This document shows positions 11,597 through 26,584 of a stretch of DNA of 64,000 nucleotides, in pieces (within the stretch, counting starts at the first letter, position 1; every line of letters starts with the position of its first letter). Made by a program: the position numbers and the translations under genes. The DNA is from Kondoa subrosea (Eukaryota). The notes under the pieces were generated by a model. The model had not been told where the DNA came from, made no database searches, and saw only the letters and a program-made list of their open reading frames with translations. The stretch spans positions 2,855,136-2,919,135 of the forward strand of contig BCIN01000001.1 in NCBI GenBank assembly GCA_039545335.1, in the 5' to 3' direction.

Positions 11597-14119
11597 TTAC
11601 GTGCTGATGCTCATAGAATCCAAACTGACACTCAGACGACTAGCTTCATTGCCTTGCATGCGCGAAGAACCAGGGATATCCAAACCAGACAAATCTTCGG
11701 CTTCCGATGCTTCGCTGTCATCTTCTGAGTCTTCAGGATTCATGCCTTCTGGTGCTTCATATTCTCTGAAGAGATGTTCAATGTATGCTTTGGTCAAGGG
11801 AAGCTTGTAGGGTTCAAAAGGAAAATGCGTATTGACATGTCCTTCTGTCAAAAGCTGGCGAACGAGTTCATTAGAAGCTGGCGGTGCTCGACTATCGTCT
11901 GGTTGCATGTTGATCGATAGCTGATGAGAAGAATGAGATGCTAGAGGTGTAGTGGGGACAGAAGTTGAGGGTGAAGCTCGGTTGGATCGCTCATTGGATG
12001 CAATAACGTTGAAGCAATAAGCGAACCCAACATGATGTGCGATCTTGGCAAAAGTGAGGACAACTTCGGGAGCGCAGACCTGAAGATATCGTTAACGAGC
12101 ACTTCCAACATAAAGATTAAACAAGCGTACCTTCAAAGGATTCAGATGAGACAGAATTGCAGACTTGAGCATTTCCAATTCAGGTAACCACTTTCTTTGC
12201 CCAGCATTCTGTACATTTCTTTCCCCCAAACCTTCCTCATCTTCCTCCTCGACGAACAGATCCCTCCATCGATAGCAGAAGATATACATCGCCGCTTGAC
12301 AAACAGCATAGAAGACAGCGTACTGCTGAACATTCCTTTTGGCTGCTGCAGCTGAAGAAGCGGCAGGTAAAGTTTGTAGCTCCAATTCCAAGTGATCGCA
12401 CAGCAGCACCATAGCTGTTTGTACGCTAGATGGATCAATGTATCTTGCCCTTGCGATGAAACTTGCTACATATCCACATGCTGCCAGTCGAGTAACAGTA
12501 GGAGTCGTTTCTTGCTGATTGAGAGCGATCTCAACTAGCGTGCCGTTGAAAATGTCGGCATAGTCTGATGAAAGAGATGCATACCAGAACATGAGAAATT
12601 GGACATGCCTGGTCTTGAAAGTTCGCAGAATAGTCCGCTGGAAAGTACTAAGAAGATGCTGAAATTGAGTTGCTCGAGCTTGATCTGCTTCTTCTTTTGA
12701 CATGCCAGCAGCAATAAGACTTGTTCGCGAAGCGCTTTTGCGAAGTTGAGGAATGGCCGAAGTGGATTGAGAAGAAAAGCTGATGGGACGGGTCGAAGCA
12801 GAAGAGTAGCGAGAACTGTTGACGACTTCGAGATGATTGAAGAGAACCTTGAGTATCGCATCGAGTTTGGCTGCCATTTCTTTCAGTCTGGCAATGACCT
12901 CCGGTTTCTTCTCTTTAGCACCAGAGGGTCCCTGAGTATCATCTGACCCTGAATCACTCTCTTCATCTGACGAGATCTGATCTAGATCCAAAGCGAAATC
13001 ATCTTCCCCTTCTTCGCCATCCGATTCCTCTTCCACTTTGAATGCTCTATCAAACGGATCCTCCAAATCATGACCAAACACAGCGTTTTGCAAATTGCCC
13101 AGCTCGTCCTCGAACTCGTCAAGATCCACTTGTATTTCAACATCAATCTTCGTAGCTCGACTTATGGCTGCATCCAGAATATTTTCGGCTATCTGGGGAC
13201 AGTATTCGATGATTTGAAGGACGTTGCGAAAGTAGACTACTTGAGCATCTTTCTTCTCTCTTTTATTTGGGAAGTTGCGCTCAACGCAAGGTAAGAGTAC
13301 AGTAATCATTGTGGGCACTACATCGAGAAGATGGCGAAGAAGAATATGGGCTCGATCGTAGACTTGTCTTCGAGTAATGATGACTTCAGCTTCTGGTTCC
13401 GATGGAGCTTGTCCAGTGTCTGAATCAGAAGATAATCAGGCCCAAGATCTATCTCGCAAGTATCTTTAAGACTGACTCCATCTTAAGCCTTTGACAGTAG
13501 TCTCTACCACAGCTTTCAGATGTTCCGGTCTAGCGCTAACCAGCACACCCATGAAGCGAATATAGCTTCTCACAGAACTTTCTTCGGGGAAAAGTGTCCA
13601 AGGCAAAGCAATGAGTGCTTCCACCAAACTCGCATGCGACTTGTCTAGTTGATTGACTACATGTGTGAGTGCTTCCAAGTAAGATCGCAACTGACTCCCT
13701 GATGCGGGAGGTGGTTGAGAACTTGTCGACGTAGATTGAGCAGGTCGAAATTGTGCCACTAATTCATGGAATTGCTTGCGATCTCCATTCTAATAGAAGA
13801 CAACAGAGCTTTCAGATACTTTGTCAGCTGTCAGGTGACAAATCTGATGCACCTTGCGCATGGCGGAAAATGCCTGATCAATGTAAGAAAGAAACAAGCC
13901 GCGGGTTCTAGCATTGGTAGCGGAGGCCAAAGGTTTGGAATCAGCTGAAGAAGGAGTCGCAGGTCTATCAGTGCTGTCTTGCGAGGAGTTTCGACGTTTT
14001 CCAGCCAATGTTTGAGCAGAATTGCTGGTATTGTCAATCTCGCTGTGTGCGCGTTTCTTGCCTAGCGCTTTGGCAGATGACATGACAGGGGTATGATTAT
14101 GAGCGACTATAGAGACCAT
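11597..14119 (-). CDS. RRN3: RNA polymerase I initiation factor Rrn3 (start 14119 or 14083)
   Basis: KIDVEIQVDL, ILRTFKTRHVQFLMFW, YVASFIARA, FYAVCQAAMYIFCYRWRDL, LNPLK, FPFEPYKLP. Confidence 0.93.
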
Positions 14120-14183
14120 TAGTATACTATTGTTATTTGTAAACCCTGGTGCAAGATTTTCCATAAGTTCGTCTTCGGCCACA

Positions 14184-17100
14184 TTACCCCGCTTCCTCGA
14201 GCTCTTGCAACTCTTGCTGTGCTTCATCCGCTTGAAACCTGACCAATTCATCAGGATCAATCTGCCCAACATATTCAAGCACAATCTTAGCGCGTCGAAT
14301 TTCGGTCTTGGGAAAGATGCCTTGTTGCTGCATAGAGGAAGAAGAAGAGCTATGTCTTGCGTTCAATTCAGCTCGTGCTAGAAGTGTAATGAACAGAATA
14401 GCCGATCTTCGTAATGCTGGATGCTGTGTATCTCTAGAAAGAGGTTCTGCTGTTTCTTCTGGCCTGCGTTTCGGATTTGTAACATTCAGTGAAGCCATCA
14501 AAGAGGCCAGCTCTGCAGACTCTTCTTTATCTTCATCTACTTCTGCGGACTTGGGATCTATCGCTTCTTCACCAGCCTTCCTTGACCGCGATTCGAGGGA
14601 CAAAATTGTCAAGGCAGCGGACAACAGAGACTCGGCGATAGGAATCATAGCAAAAGGAGCCTTCTCAGCGCAACTGGCCAAGATAGTGAAGGAAGAAGCT
14701 CGAATCAAAGTAGGTTGGTTGTTGGAGCTCAAGTTGGCCAGCATGGCTGGAGCGATTGCGTCGACTATATGCGTAGGCAGACGGTCAGTTGTGCTGTGGT
14801 TCGCAAGTCACAAAACCCTTACCATAGATAGCAGCGGCATTTCCTTTCGCTTGTATGAGCTTGATAAGAGCTTCACCAAGTCGTAATCGTCTGTCCAAAT
14901 CTTGTTGGATTCCTTGAGTTCGTACTTTTTCGGCATATAGCTCTGCTAATTTCAATGCGACCTTCTTTCCATTTCCAGCGGGATCAATACTTGCTAATTC
15001 GGAAAGTGCTTTAATCACACCGAGGTAGATAAACGAATCTTCTTCTGCAACAGTTTGAATCAAGATATCGAGCATTCCAGGGAAGATCGAAGGGTCTGTC
15101 GAAGAGGGGCTAGAGAGCAAGCTTCGAATCAAACCGACTCCTTGGGCGCGAACAGGGAGAATAGGATCTTCAAGGCATCTAAGAGCCTCTTGATATGTTT
15201 GTTGACTCTTCTCGTATTTACCAGCCTTCACTTTAGTGATTTTAGACGAAACAGCAGCGGATCGTAGCGATAGAATTGATAAAGCCTGTCGACAAACAGT
15301 AGCGATGCCTTCATTCAGGTTTGGCGCAGCAAGAAGAACGCGCAGGCGGCTTGCTATTATTTTCATCACTGGCGTTGACTCGATTGACAGGTTCGGATCA
15401 GCTAATACAATCTCTGATCAGCCAAGAAAAGGAACAGACAGAACAGAATCGGATCTTACTTTCCAAGGTAGCCAATAGAAGCGTTAATGCAGTGATCCTG
15501 ATCTCCTCTCCTGCACTAAGATCCAGCTCCAGCTCTTGGCCCACTTCATCCGCCTCTTCTATCTTTTCTCCAATATTGAACAAACTTGTCTTGCTGTTTC
15601 CGACCATCATTTTATTCTCCTTGACGGCAAAAGCGATAAAAGGTAAGATCTGGTCCGCACCCTTCAGTACCGAGTGGCCCCAGCTTCCAAACGCATGCGA
15701 GACCAATTGAAGGGTAATCAATTTCCGGTTCTGGTGTTCTTTTGTCTCCTCTTCTTCTGGCACTTCAATTTCGAGTTCGCCTAGCCAACGAACAAAGAGA
15801 GCTGCTTGATTACTTGCACTCAGACCGTCGCCTAGCAGTGACACTACGGAAGCTGTGTCAAGGGCGGCAGGGGTCAATGACTCTTGAGCTGTAATGGTAG
15901 ACTGCTTGATCATCAGCCTTCCTGATTCTCCCCGAGCCCAATATGCCAGATTTGGTAATGCTCCATCATGCATTATCACGTTACAAGCCTCGTACAGCAT
16001 GGAATTCAAGCTGTAGACTTCGGCATTCGCCAACCAGGTCTTAATCAGCGCGACCAATCTGGAATCGCTTTCGGCGTCGACCAGAAAGAGGGCTTTGCCA
16101 GCAGTGCTTGATGGTTCGGACGAAAACAGGTAGAAATAGGCAGTTAGAAGCATAGGCAGCGGTCCGCGCATTAGGTCGTCTGGAAGAGACGTAAGAGGAG
16201 GAATATTGGATAGAAATCGCAGAAGAAGCGAAATCGCATCATCCAAAGCAGTATCAGTAAGGAGGATTTCATCTAGGTCGGACGATTCTCGCGGTGGCTT
16301 TCCATGTAGATCAGTTGAAAGACTGCCCAAAAGTTGACTCAAGATGTATGATCGAACAGTTAGTGCTTTTGCTCGAAGATATAATCGGCTCAGCAAAAAG
16401 GCAGAGACTTTGGTGTAAGCCAAAGGTGTCGGAGTTGCAGCACTATGATTGCCTTGAACGATGAGAGAGCCTGAGAATGGACGGCAAAGGACAATCAGAG
16501 GAGGGACGATGGCTTGATGCCAAGTCTGTGTGGCAGTCAGCGGTGTGAGCAAACATAAACCTCAAGGCCACAGCACCTCTAAAGTATAACCTTCCGGAAG
16601 AAGCATCAGTAAGCTAGCGATCCTTTCCAATTGATTGTAGCTAGGTATGGCTATATCGCTGTTCAATGCAAAGATACAAACAGGCGCGGATGACTAACTT
16701 TCAGCATCGATAATTGACAGCTTGATCAAGGCGAAAACGCCGCCAGGGCGAGTAAGCTGTGCAGATAGTGCTATAGATGTTGCATTGATGGTAGTGCTGC
16801 CTCCAGTCTTGGACTGCAAGAGTAGCAGGTTGGACAGCATGATGAAAGGCGAGAATCTATGCAGATTCACTTCTTCGGATATACGCTTCCTCAAGTGCTA
16901 TCTCTTACCTGTCTGACAGCTTTTTGAAAAATGTTCTGGCCCATTCCTCGTTTCGCTCGAATGCTTGTTCATACAGCAAGGCCAAGAGGTAGGGCAGCAC
17001 ATGTGGAACAATGATACGCGCGAATTGATCATCCACGTCTGGCTGCACAGGCATGACTCGAACTAAAGCATCGAATCGCTGAGCCAATTGTTGCGGATCA

Positions 17101-17510
17101 GGCATTTTGACCATAGGTCCATCCAATATCACGAGTTCCTTTGAAGGCTCATTCCTTACTAGGCTGTTTGGCAGGAGTCCAGGCCGAATCCTCGTCGCTA
17201 TGTACCAACGCATTGCCAGAGAAAGCAGCACAGCTATGATTTTGTTGTCTCGAGCGCCAAAAAGAGGTGCACTCCCTATGGCCTGAGGGGTTGCAAGTTT
17301 CCGCATATCGCACAGAAGACCGAACGCAGCTTGTCCAGTAAGCCTGCGCAAGTGCTCATCATCCAGATCTCCATCAAAGCTGATTGTATCTGATATTTCA
17401 GGCCAAAATGATGCCGCTTCGTGAAGACCGCAGAGCAACAGGAAGGAGTCAAACTTTGCTGTTGATGCAGCTTTACATATTTCGGCTGCAGCTTTCAGAA
17501 GGTTGTCCAT
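14184..17510 (-). CDS. RTP1: RNA polymerase II assembly factor Rtp1/TANGO6-like HEAT-repeat protein
   Basis: YQEALRCLEDPILPVRAQG, EEDSFIYLGVIKAL, DRRLRLGEAL, HPALRRSA, DPDELVRFQA. Confidence 0.85.
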
Positions 17511-17600
17511 GCAGAAAGAGATTGTAAAACGAAAAATGTCAAGTGAATGATAATCAGCTAATTTATGCTTACGTAATACACAATGCACTAATGGTATACC

Positions 17601-20600
17601 TCACAGATTTGTATCGATACTGAAGTCCTCACCGAACAATGATACTATATAAGAATCCAGATTGTGATTGTTTGCAGGCGAGTTGAAATCAGATGTCTTT
17701 CCCCATAATGCTGGAAGGCCGGCTGCTTTGAAGTAAGATGATGAATCGCACCAGCCAGTCACGGCGAATGAAATATCAAGAATATGAGAGGAGAGGAGTG
17801 CAGCGTCGTTTGACGCTAGAATTGCGTATAGCGAGTCTTGTACAGCAGGAAAACTTAGGAGGTGAGTGAGCTAGGAACTCTAGAATCGCGGAAAATACTC
17901 ACATAACATTTATCAAACCGATATTCTGCTGCAACAAAAATCCCAGAATGTTGAGCATCTTGATTTTGGTCTTGCTATCGCCTGCCTGCCGAACGGACCG
18001 AGAAAGGAGGCCGGCTAACAACAGCTGGTTTTCTGAGCTTGGCATGTCAATCAAGTCATAAAAGTTTGCGTCCTCCTTGCAGTGTATGCCCACAAGTTCT
18101 GCTACAGCCTTGATATCGTAGTATGGTAGAAGGAGAACCACGAACGGAACTAGATCTGCCGGTACTGATTGTCGGAATTCTTTTGGCTTGAGAAGTAGTT
18201 GCAATAATTCAACCGATTTTTGGGACAGTCCGGCTGGATCTTGCTGGATGAGCATGGCCAGAGAGTAGTTGGGAAAATCGATGAAATTGAGGCCGCAGGC
18301 TGCGCTGAGCGATGTCCAGGCAGGTTGAAAGAACGCGTCAAGGACGTAGCGAAGCATGTCCTCGAACGATTGCAGACAGACTTGATCATTTTGCAGTATT
18401 TGTAGACTAGTTGTCAAGATCCGAACGCCTGCGGTATAGGTTTCGCTATCTTGTATAGCGAGAAAGGCTAGCGAGATGCGGACGAGAAGAGGAAGATCTA
18501 AGCAAACATTTAGAGCAGCGATCAGGTTGGAGTCTACATTGACGTACAAGGGATCAAGACGGCTTGGCAATGGCAGACCTTATTACCCAAATTCAGTTGC
18601 GAACAAGGAACAGCTTCAGGGACACATACATTCGCTAGACAGCTCAATGCGGCTGCGGCAGCGTTCCGCGCAGTATCAGACTGTAGGCTCGAAGAAAGAA
18701 CGCCGAGAAGCTGGACGGACCATTCAGCATTCACAATCTCTTGATAAAAGGTGTTTATAGTACTTACATGATACACAAGCTCTTCTTCTATTTGATTGTC
18801 CCGCGCCAACAGCTGGCTCAGCAGAAAAAGCCCCCTGCTCCGGTATTGGCCTTGGGACTTGAACGCTAGCAGGCTTGTAAGTGAAGCAAGGTGAGAGGCC
18901 GAGCTGACTTCGCTCGAGTCGAAAAGCGTCAAGCATTGAGCGAAGATGCCATCCAAATGCCGATCGATATCGGAACGCTGCAAGTCTTCAGTCTTTTCCA
19001 AGCCCTCAAGTACTGCTTTTAGGCTTGTGCGTTGTTCGGCGATGCCTGTTCCCGAATCATGATCATCGGTTCGTTGCGTATTTCCCACTAGCAGCCAAAG
19101 TATGTCTTGTAGAAGACAATCGACTGCCTGTGAGCAGTTGAGATATAAAATGGCGAAGATAAACAGCGTATAAGCTTGGTCTGCAGCTGAGGGCTCAAAT
19201 GAGCCCGATCTGCTGCTGGAAAGAACGCCGCGTAGTAAAGATAGCAGCGCCACTATCGTCGGATAGATGGGATCAAAGCGATCTATTATCTTGCTTTGAG
19301 ACGTAATGAGCTGCAGGTCCAGTGAGCTCGGTGCTGCAAGCCTTCGGAGCTACAACTTACACGAGACATTTGAGCAAAAATGCTGCCACAAAGCGCAGCG
19401 TTGGTAAAAGGTGTGGATATAAGTGCAGAGTTGATTCGTGCAAGCTGAACAGCGCCCATTGGAAAGGTTGTGCATGCACTAAGATAGGCCTCGCTTAGCA
19501 AATCATGAAAGCCGTCCAGCTTTACGGCTCCCGCCAAGCTACGACTACTGAAGACGATAGAGGCCGAAGGATCTTCCGCTATCGTGTACTTCAGCCAGTA
19601 CATAACGGAATTGGTGCTGACTTACCGACTGTTTTCAGTATCAACCCCAGGGCATTCGCTACGAGCTTGCGTTTGGTATGACAGCGGAGAGAGAAGGCTG
19701 CAGTAAATATGGGTCGTATAGCATAGCATAGAGGACCGAGCAGCCAAGGTGTGTGTCGATGTTGCTGAAACGTTATTTGAACAGCAAACAGGAGATCCAG
19801 GACTTGATCGCCTCGATGCTCGACAAGAGCTTCGCATACGCAGAGCGCTAAGTCCGAAGCCAGCTCTGGGATAAAGCTCTCGCTTGAAGCTATCGAAGAT
19901 TGTGGCAGTAAGGCTTGAAGCAGCTTGCGCGCTGCCTTTCGATCGTGACCAATCAAAAGCTGCTGAATCGAGTAAATCGCAATAACACCAGACCTGTCAC
20001 TTGTAAGAATGGCAATTTTGGCCTTCCGTAAGACTTACCACTGGTTTGTTTGCAGGTCTGGATGCGGAAACGCATTGAAGGACAATGACGCGCAGGCCAA
20101 TATTTCATAAAGCGTCAAAGTACTTGCTGACTCTAGAAAAATGAGAGAACCGTGACTTGCATTTCGCAAAAGAGTCGCTGTACCGAAAGAGGTGGAAATG
20201 CGTTGTAGATTCGTAATTTGCTTTAAGTCGATAACATCTAACATCCTGCACTTGAGGTCTGGAAGAAGATCTCGCTCTTGTGTACCCTGGAGGACTTGCG
20301 GATCAGTAAAGAGCGAACAAAAAATATCGATCACACGCACATAACGAAATATTAGATAATCAGATTTGACAGCCAACTGAACCTGAATGGGCGAAAAACG
20401 ATATCCGCGCAATAACAGAGCCTCATAAACTTCTTCCGATTCGTCAAAGAAAGCAATAGGCGGAACAATTGTGTTATCAAAGTATTTGTCAAAGTCCGCT
20501 AAGTCGGTAATAGGATGGATGAGCTTGTGATCTGGATGTCTAGAGCAGCCTTGCAAGAGTGTCTTGAAATAAGATTGCAGATAATTCCCTGGCTGAACAA

Positions 20601-23600
20601 TATAGATTGCACTTATGCTCGAAGAGAGACCTGCGAAAATATCGACACAAGCTTCCATCCATGGCAACGGGATTTCGTTGACAGGCGAGAATCCGGTAGC
20701 GTCCACCAGTAGTGCGATTTCAGCGTCCTCCGTCGCCATTAGGTAAGATGCGACGTATCGCAGCAGGGATATATAATTGGTGCTCTGATTGATTGCGCCT
20801 AGATTCACGCAGTATGTTCGGCATCCGTTGCGAGACATGCCTATATCACGAAATATGCGAGAGAAGTCGCTAGAAACCCACAAGTCTTCGCATGCTTCGA
20901 CAGATGATAAGAATCCGGCAACCGTGTCAGTTTTGATGTAACTCGGTATGCCGGTACTGGATGGCCCGAGGTCGAAAAAAATGTGGTTCAGCTGCGTCCA
21001 TGATTCAGTTCCATCGTTAGCAGTGTTTTGATGTCTTCTGGACAAGAGCAATTGACCAAGCTGATCGTGATGATCTGAAAGAAAGGCCTGTAGCGAATGT
21101 AGATTGCAGTTGCTAAGATTTGGAGCTTCAATTTTCTGCTGATGTTGCTCCATATTGATTGCATAGGGATCAGAAATTTGCTGTAGAAATTGATGCATTA
21201 GTATTCCTAATTGCTGAGTATTTGGCTTGCTGTCTTCAGATTTCGCATGAGAGCTGTTGCTTAGGTTCTGCAGTAATTTTGAGACGGCCAAGAGTCCTCT
21301 GCGGGATGCTCGATCACTTGGCGCCGATATGCAAATCGCTTAAGCAGTTTCAAAATGAGATCATGTTATGGCAGTAAATGGCAGGGACTTGCCTTCTTGC
21401 GGCGATGTTATTGCAGGATTGATAAATCGCAGAAAGAGCAGACCTCCTATTATGCTCACCATCATCAGACGCAGAACATGGATTTCTGCCCGGAAGGCGT
21501 ACCAACGGCCGATCTACCAGCTCCATGCCATTTGGCTTCGACGGTAGTGTATAAGTGGACACACAATTGTCGAATATTGGAGGACAGCAAGTCGGTAGCA
21601 GCAAGAATGCACTAAAGCCGGTCAGTAGCTGAACCTTGTGAAGCGATATGCTACTCACCGTCAAGACTAGATTGACCGGATTAGATACATAAGATGCGTA
21701 TATCGGGAAGTCCTGACGTACATGCTTCGGCTAGGACATCGACGTTTTGCTTCACTTCTAATTGTTCCTCCCCATCACCGTCGACTTCAAGTTTGATTTC
21801 CATTGGCTTTTGACAAACACTTGTTACAAGCTATGGCAGTAGGCTTAGACATGAGCGAACGAGTGGCTACTGAAGAGGCTTTTGACATACGGGTCCAATT
21901 GTACTTCGCAACCACGTGAAACCTTGAGAGCGAACATATGAAGTCAGAAGTCGACTTGTGAAAGAGTTGCCACGGAACAGTGTTTGCGAATGGACTGTCC
22001 CGGCCACTTCAACTTCAATCAGCCGGCAGAGTCCTTTGACACTCATTTGCTTGCGTTCCAGAATGGTCAGGATCACGTCGGACATTTCTTCATACTCCAC
22101 TGGCGAGCACGCTTCCACCAATGCAAGCAGAAATGCGTCCGAACGAGCGATGAGCTGGAATGAACATCAGCGTGAAAGAACTTCAAATTTCAAAGAAGCA
22201 AACCAACATCTGTCAATTGTTCAAATAAATCGCTTCGACCAAGCTTTTTGCCAGTCGTAAGTGTGGTCTGAGGCTCAGCTTGGACCATAGATTTGAGGAA
22301 AACAGAAGAGGCCGCTTGGGTGTAGATATAGGATGTAGTCACCATCCTCGCTTCACTCTCCACATTCGCCGCTATCAGATTTCCGAGAGATATACAAGCC
22401 AGAGATTCCAGATCAGGCTCCATTGTCTGAGCGAGCAAAAATCAGGCCGGTTGGTCATCTGTGAAATTGATGCACGTACCTTGCTCTCGAAGAGCGAATC
22501 AAAAAATCCGCGAATTCTTAGATAAGATGGGATATCCGCTTGGACAGAAAAATTCGAAGTAGTCGAGGCAAAAGGCTCCGTGAAGTGAAGATTGTTCAAA
22601 AGAGCTCCTAATGCTTGCATACAAGCTCTTTGGACGCTTGAGGAGTCTTCTATGATCCATGTCATCAAATAATTGATCAAAATCTGACGCGTTTCTCCAT
22701 GGCTGAGTATATTGGATCTTTTTCCGCCGCTACTTCCGTGTAGGATTAGTGCGCCCAGCCAAGTTTTGAGTTCAGTGCAAAGAGTTGGATCGAGACCGTG
22801 AGCATGCTTGACGAATTCTAAGATCAAAGAATCTGCTAGCGACTCTTCTGCAGCGGACAAGGCGATCGTTTGCAGACGTTCAAGTATGCAAGCAAGTGTC
22901 TTGACCGCTTGTTGAAGCCACTCTGTAAAAGGCAGCACCATGTCATCGCCTTCCGACTCGAGATCGGTTCGAAAGTATTTGAGAATTTCCGCGACTTGCA
23001 CTAGCAGTGTTGGAAGTAATGGGCCAGGCAATTCGGAAGAAAGACACTCCCTGACACCTTCTGATACAAATTGTTGATCGCACACCAACAGATCAGTCAG
23101 CTCCTCGACCAGAGCTACCGCAGGACGACTGGTTGGACCGAATCTGTAGAATCGTTCTGGAAATTTGTCTATGGGTATGATGTCCTCCAAAGAGGGCAAT
23201 GTGACTGAAGAAACAGCATGACCGGAAACTGCCACGAGAAAGTTGCTGACATTGATCCAGTGTTGCAGCAGATGCTAGTCAGCCAGATAATAATTAGTCA
23301 ATGTAGTTCTGAGCCCAGCGGAGGCTCACGGGATCTACTTCTTCGGTGCTTGCAAATACGAGGTCCAATGAATCCTCTGGATGTTGATCCCTGCACTGGC
23401 CTAGATCCGACTAGATGATGTATTAAGCGAGTTCATATTGCAAAGCCTCACAAACAAACCAAAAGATGAGGAAAGTTGCGTCGCAGTTCTGAGAAGGCAG
23501 CAATACCAGCGACTGTAGTTGTTGAATGATTCGCAACTGTCTTGCGCAGCCATTTCACGAGCTGCCTAGACTGGCGTGAATCGGCAATCTCTTCAGCAGT

Positions 23601-26363
23601 GCTTTCAACCAAGATCGAGTTGATGCCGATCGAACTACATCCAGGAGCATTACGTAAAGCGACTAAGCTTCCGAGGCAGTGTGAGACGACGTCTTGCAAG
23701 CAGGAATGGGGCAACAAAGAGACCACCAGACATGTAATTTCGGTAGCCGTGAAGATAGCATTGAGGTCTGCTGGCGAAGGTAAAGCAGGTTCCTTCTCAA
23801 TGCGTCAGAGCTATCTCTGGACCTTTCAAGCAAAGGCTAACATATTTTTCGGCGCTGTGGAGCACCACTAATCGCTTCAATCTCGTTCTCAAAGCTTCAG
23901 TGACTTTGAGTATATAAACGCTGTTTTCGCCGCTATCCAAAGCCTGAGAGCATAGACTGAGAATGACTGAGGTACTGTAGCGGGTATAAGCTACGATGGC
24001 ATGACATAAAAAGTAATTCACCTGTGCGAAATCAAAGTATTGCGCAGTTTCAAGGCGGCAGGATCAATCTGCTCCTCCAACATGGACATGACTTTGATTG
24101 CTGATAAGCTGAGTCTTGGCTCATGCAGCATTTGCACAAGCTGAACCAAATTATCAATAGTCGTCAGAGCAGATAAATCTTGAGGATCCGAAGGTATGAG
24201 GAGAAAGAGTGCTTTCCGCCAAAGATTCAAAATAGCGTCGACAAGTTCTGCTGGTCTGACTTCTTCTGTACTATATTGGCTATTAACGGTTTCGAAAGAT
24301 CGTGAGCTGTGATTGCCAGATGGTAGGGCTCGTAGAGTAGCTACTGCTGACTATATACCATGTTCATTATGGCAAAAGCAAGGCAGACCAAATGGCATAA
24401 ATTACCTCGAACAAATGCCGTACAGGAACTTTGAAGACTGAAATATCCATTTCATCTGTACTTCGACCCAAATTGTCGACCAAAGCTGTCACAGCTCGAA
24501 TCAAAGCAAGCTGACGTACAGTCGAAGCTGTAGTTGCAGAGTATGCTGGCAGAAGATAAGTATTGGCAGTAGATTGATTCAACTTGAACAGAGTAGTATA
24601 GCAGTGTACCAAAAGAGTAATATCGATCTGAGCATTTTCAGCGGTGAATAATCTCGGACTATCGACCATTCGAGTCCTCAATTCTATTTCCATATCGCTA
24701 ACCAGCGGTCTTAGATCTGAAACTGATTCGTCTATAGAAGCTGCAGCTCGACAGAGATCAAGATAACAAACAGCAACCGTATCTGCCAGTTTAGGTGAAT
24801 TGGCGTTCTTCCTGAGCGTATCGAGGAATTGAGCTTTCTTTGCCGAAGCATTCTTTAAACCACCATCATTTAACTTGGAGATCAAGTCGGGACAGACGAT
24901 GAGGAGCATAGATAGTAAGGGAAAGAGGAAAGGTTTCTTTTTTGGCGAGTCAGCTAGACCCCAGCAGATATCAAAGAGACCATCAGGTGATCCTTCTAGT
25001 CGGTCTCCATCGCGATATAGGTTGTAGAATTCAGTAGGATAGCTATGCCAGGATCCTTCAGTCCAGTAAACGTGCAAAAGTGACCACAGAGTGTTTACCT
25101 GTCAATCCAGGACCAGATGGAAGCCCTTAAAACAACACTCAAAGCAGCTTGAGGTGATCTTCGCAAATGAATGAATGTAGAAGCTGAGAGTTCATGCAAG
25201 ACGCTAGACAGCCTCTTCCTATTTAACGAACAGAATTCCAACAGTCTAATCTCGCTCATATCGGGTTCATCAGTGCTGCCAAAATACGCAAACCGGTTGC
25301 GCAATCGAGCTAAGACGATGCTCCAGTTTGAAGCGGAGATGAAACAGGTTAGCTGAGCTATACTTCTTTGGATATCTGACAAGAGAAGCTGTTCTTCTGC
25401 GGAAGTTGAGCTTGGTAGTAAACTTTCTGTTCGCATAAGTCCAGGAGTGGGTGGTTGACTAGACGTTTGAGGAGTCAGTGGAGGTCGAGGAGAGTTTGGT
25501 GCAGAAGGGCTTGGAGAAGAGCTGAAAAGACTTCGCACTCCTGATTTCTGAGGTGTACGAATTGGCGAAGAAGGAACGACAGGCGTTGGGAGTCTCTTCT
25601 CATCATAAGCCGTGATCTGGCGTAACATCAGTGTGATGTTGGCGACTATTTGCCGAGCAGTATTTTCAGACTCCAAAGCTGGAGGATCAATCCAGTCTAC
25701 CGTTGTATCTGCTGAAATGCCATCCTTTGCTTGACTTGACCGATAAGCTGACCAAGAGTACATGACGCAATTAGCCATGATTTTCAGCAGGAGCATTTGA
25801 CTGCGCAAGGTGCGGACGCTAACTCGATCACCAGGAGACGAGCTGCTTTTAATCACCAAGTCAAGCTCAACCAGCATGAGAGATAATGTGTATGATAACT
25901 TGAAGCGACAGAAGTTGAACAAGGACTTGCAGGCCGTCTTGATGGTTTCATCTGCTTCAAGCGATACCAGACCGCGAGATCCAGATCTATGCGGAAGCCG
26001 GGAGAAGATCTTTTCGCATAGGCTTTGAATCAATCTTTCTTCTGGAGTGACTACTACGACAGGCGCAGGAGGAGCTTCGAAGACTTTGGCTGGCGAGTAA
26101 TTGATGGAAGGAGGAAAGTGATAGGTGGTATTGCTTTCATTGTCTAGCGACGGTCTGCTCTGCATAGAGCCAGCTGCTACACTACTAGCTGCTTTCTTGT
26201 GCTTCTTCGCTGCAGCGACGCCGCGTGCCCATTGGGTGACTTTTGTACTTTCCAATTCAGCGAGCAATTCTTGATGCGTGTTCTCGCTTGAAGGAGCTTT
26301 GTTATGTTTCTTGCTCTTGACAAATGAGAAGAGGCCTTTCTTTGGCTGCTGCTGTTCAGCCAT
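17601..26363 (-). CDS. neurofibromin/Ira1-Ira2-type RasGAP with Sec14-like/PH module, multi-exon
   Basis: N-terminal ISASNWSIVLARL; GAP domain TLFRGNS (Arg finger), spliced GRSAVG/GLLFLRFINPAITSP, AVSKLLQNLSN; LLVDATGFSPVNEIP Sec14-like segment. Confidence 0.88.
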
Positions 26364-26584
26364 AGCGAAAGAATCACGTAAAACTCGGAATGAACTTCTA
26401 AGGGGGGTCTGCAAACGAGGGGGGAAGCGATGGGAGAGTATCACAAGTAAGCGGGTATACCTAGATGGCTGTGGTATCTATATGCGGCTCTAGCAGCAGG
26501 ATATCATCCAATGATCCGAGGTATGTGCTTGATTGCGAAAAAGGAGCAAGCCTGTCAAACTGCACCAGTCATCACTTGAAAACA

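Noticed and set aside
21350..21664. Apparent degenerate RasGAP FLR motif (AFLLLPTCCPPIF in the ORF track), suggesting a dead GAP
   Set aside because: Wrong frame; the spliced frame reads ...GRSAVG/GLLFLRFINPAITSP with the motif intact.
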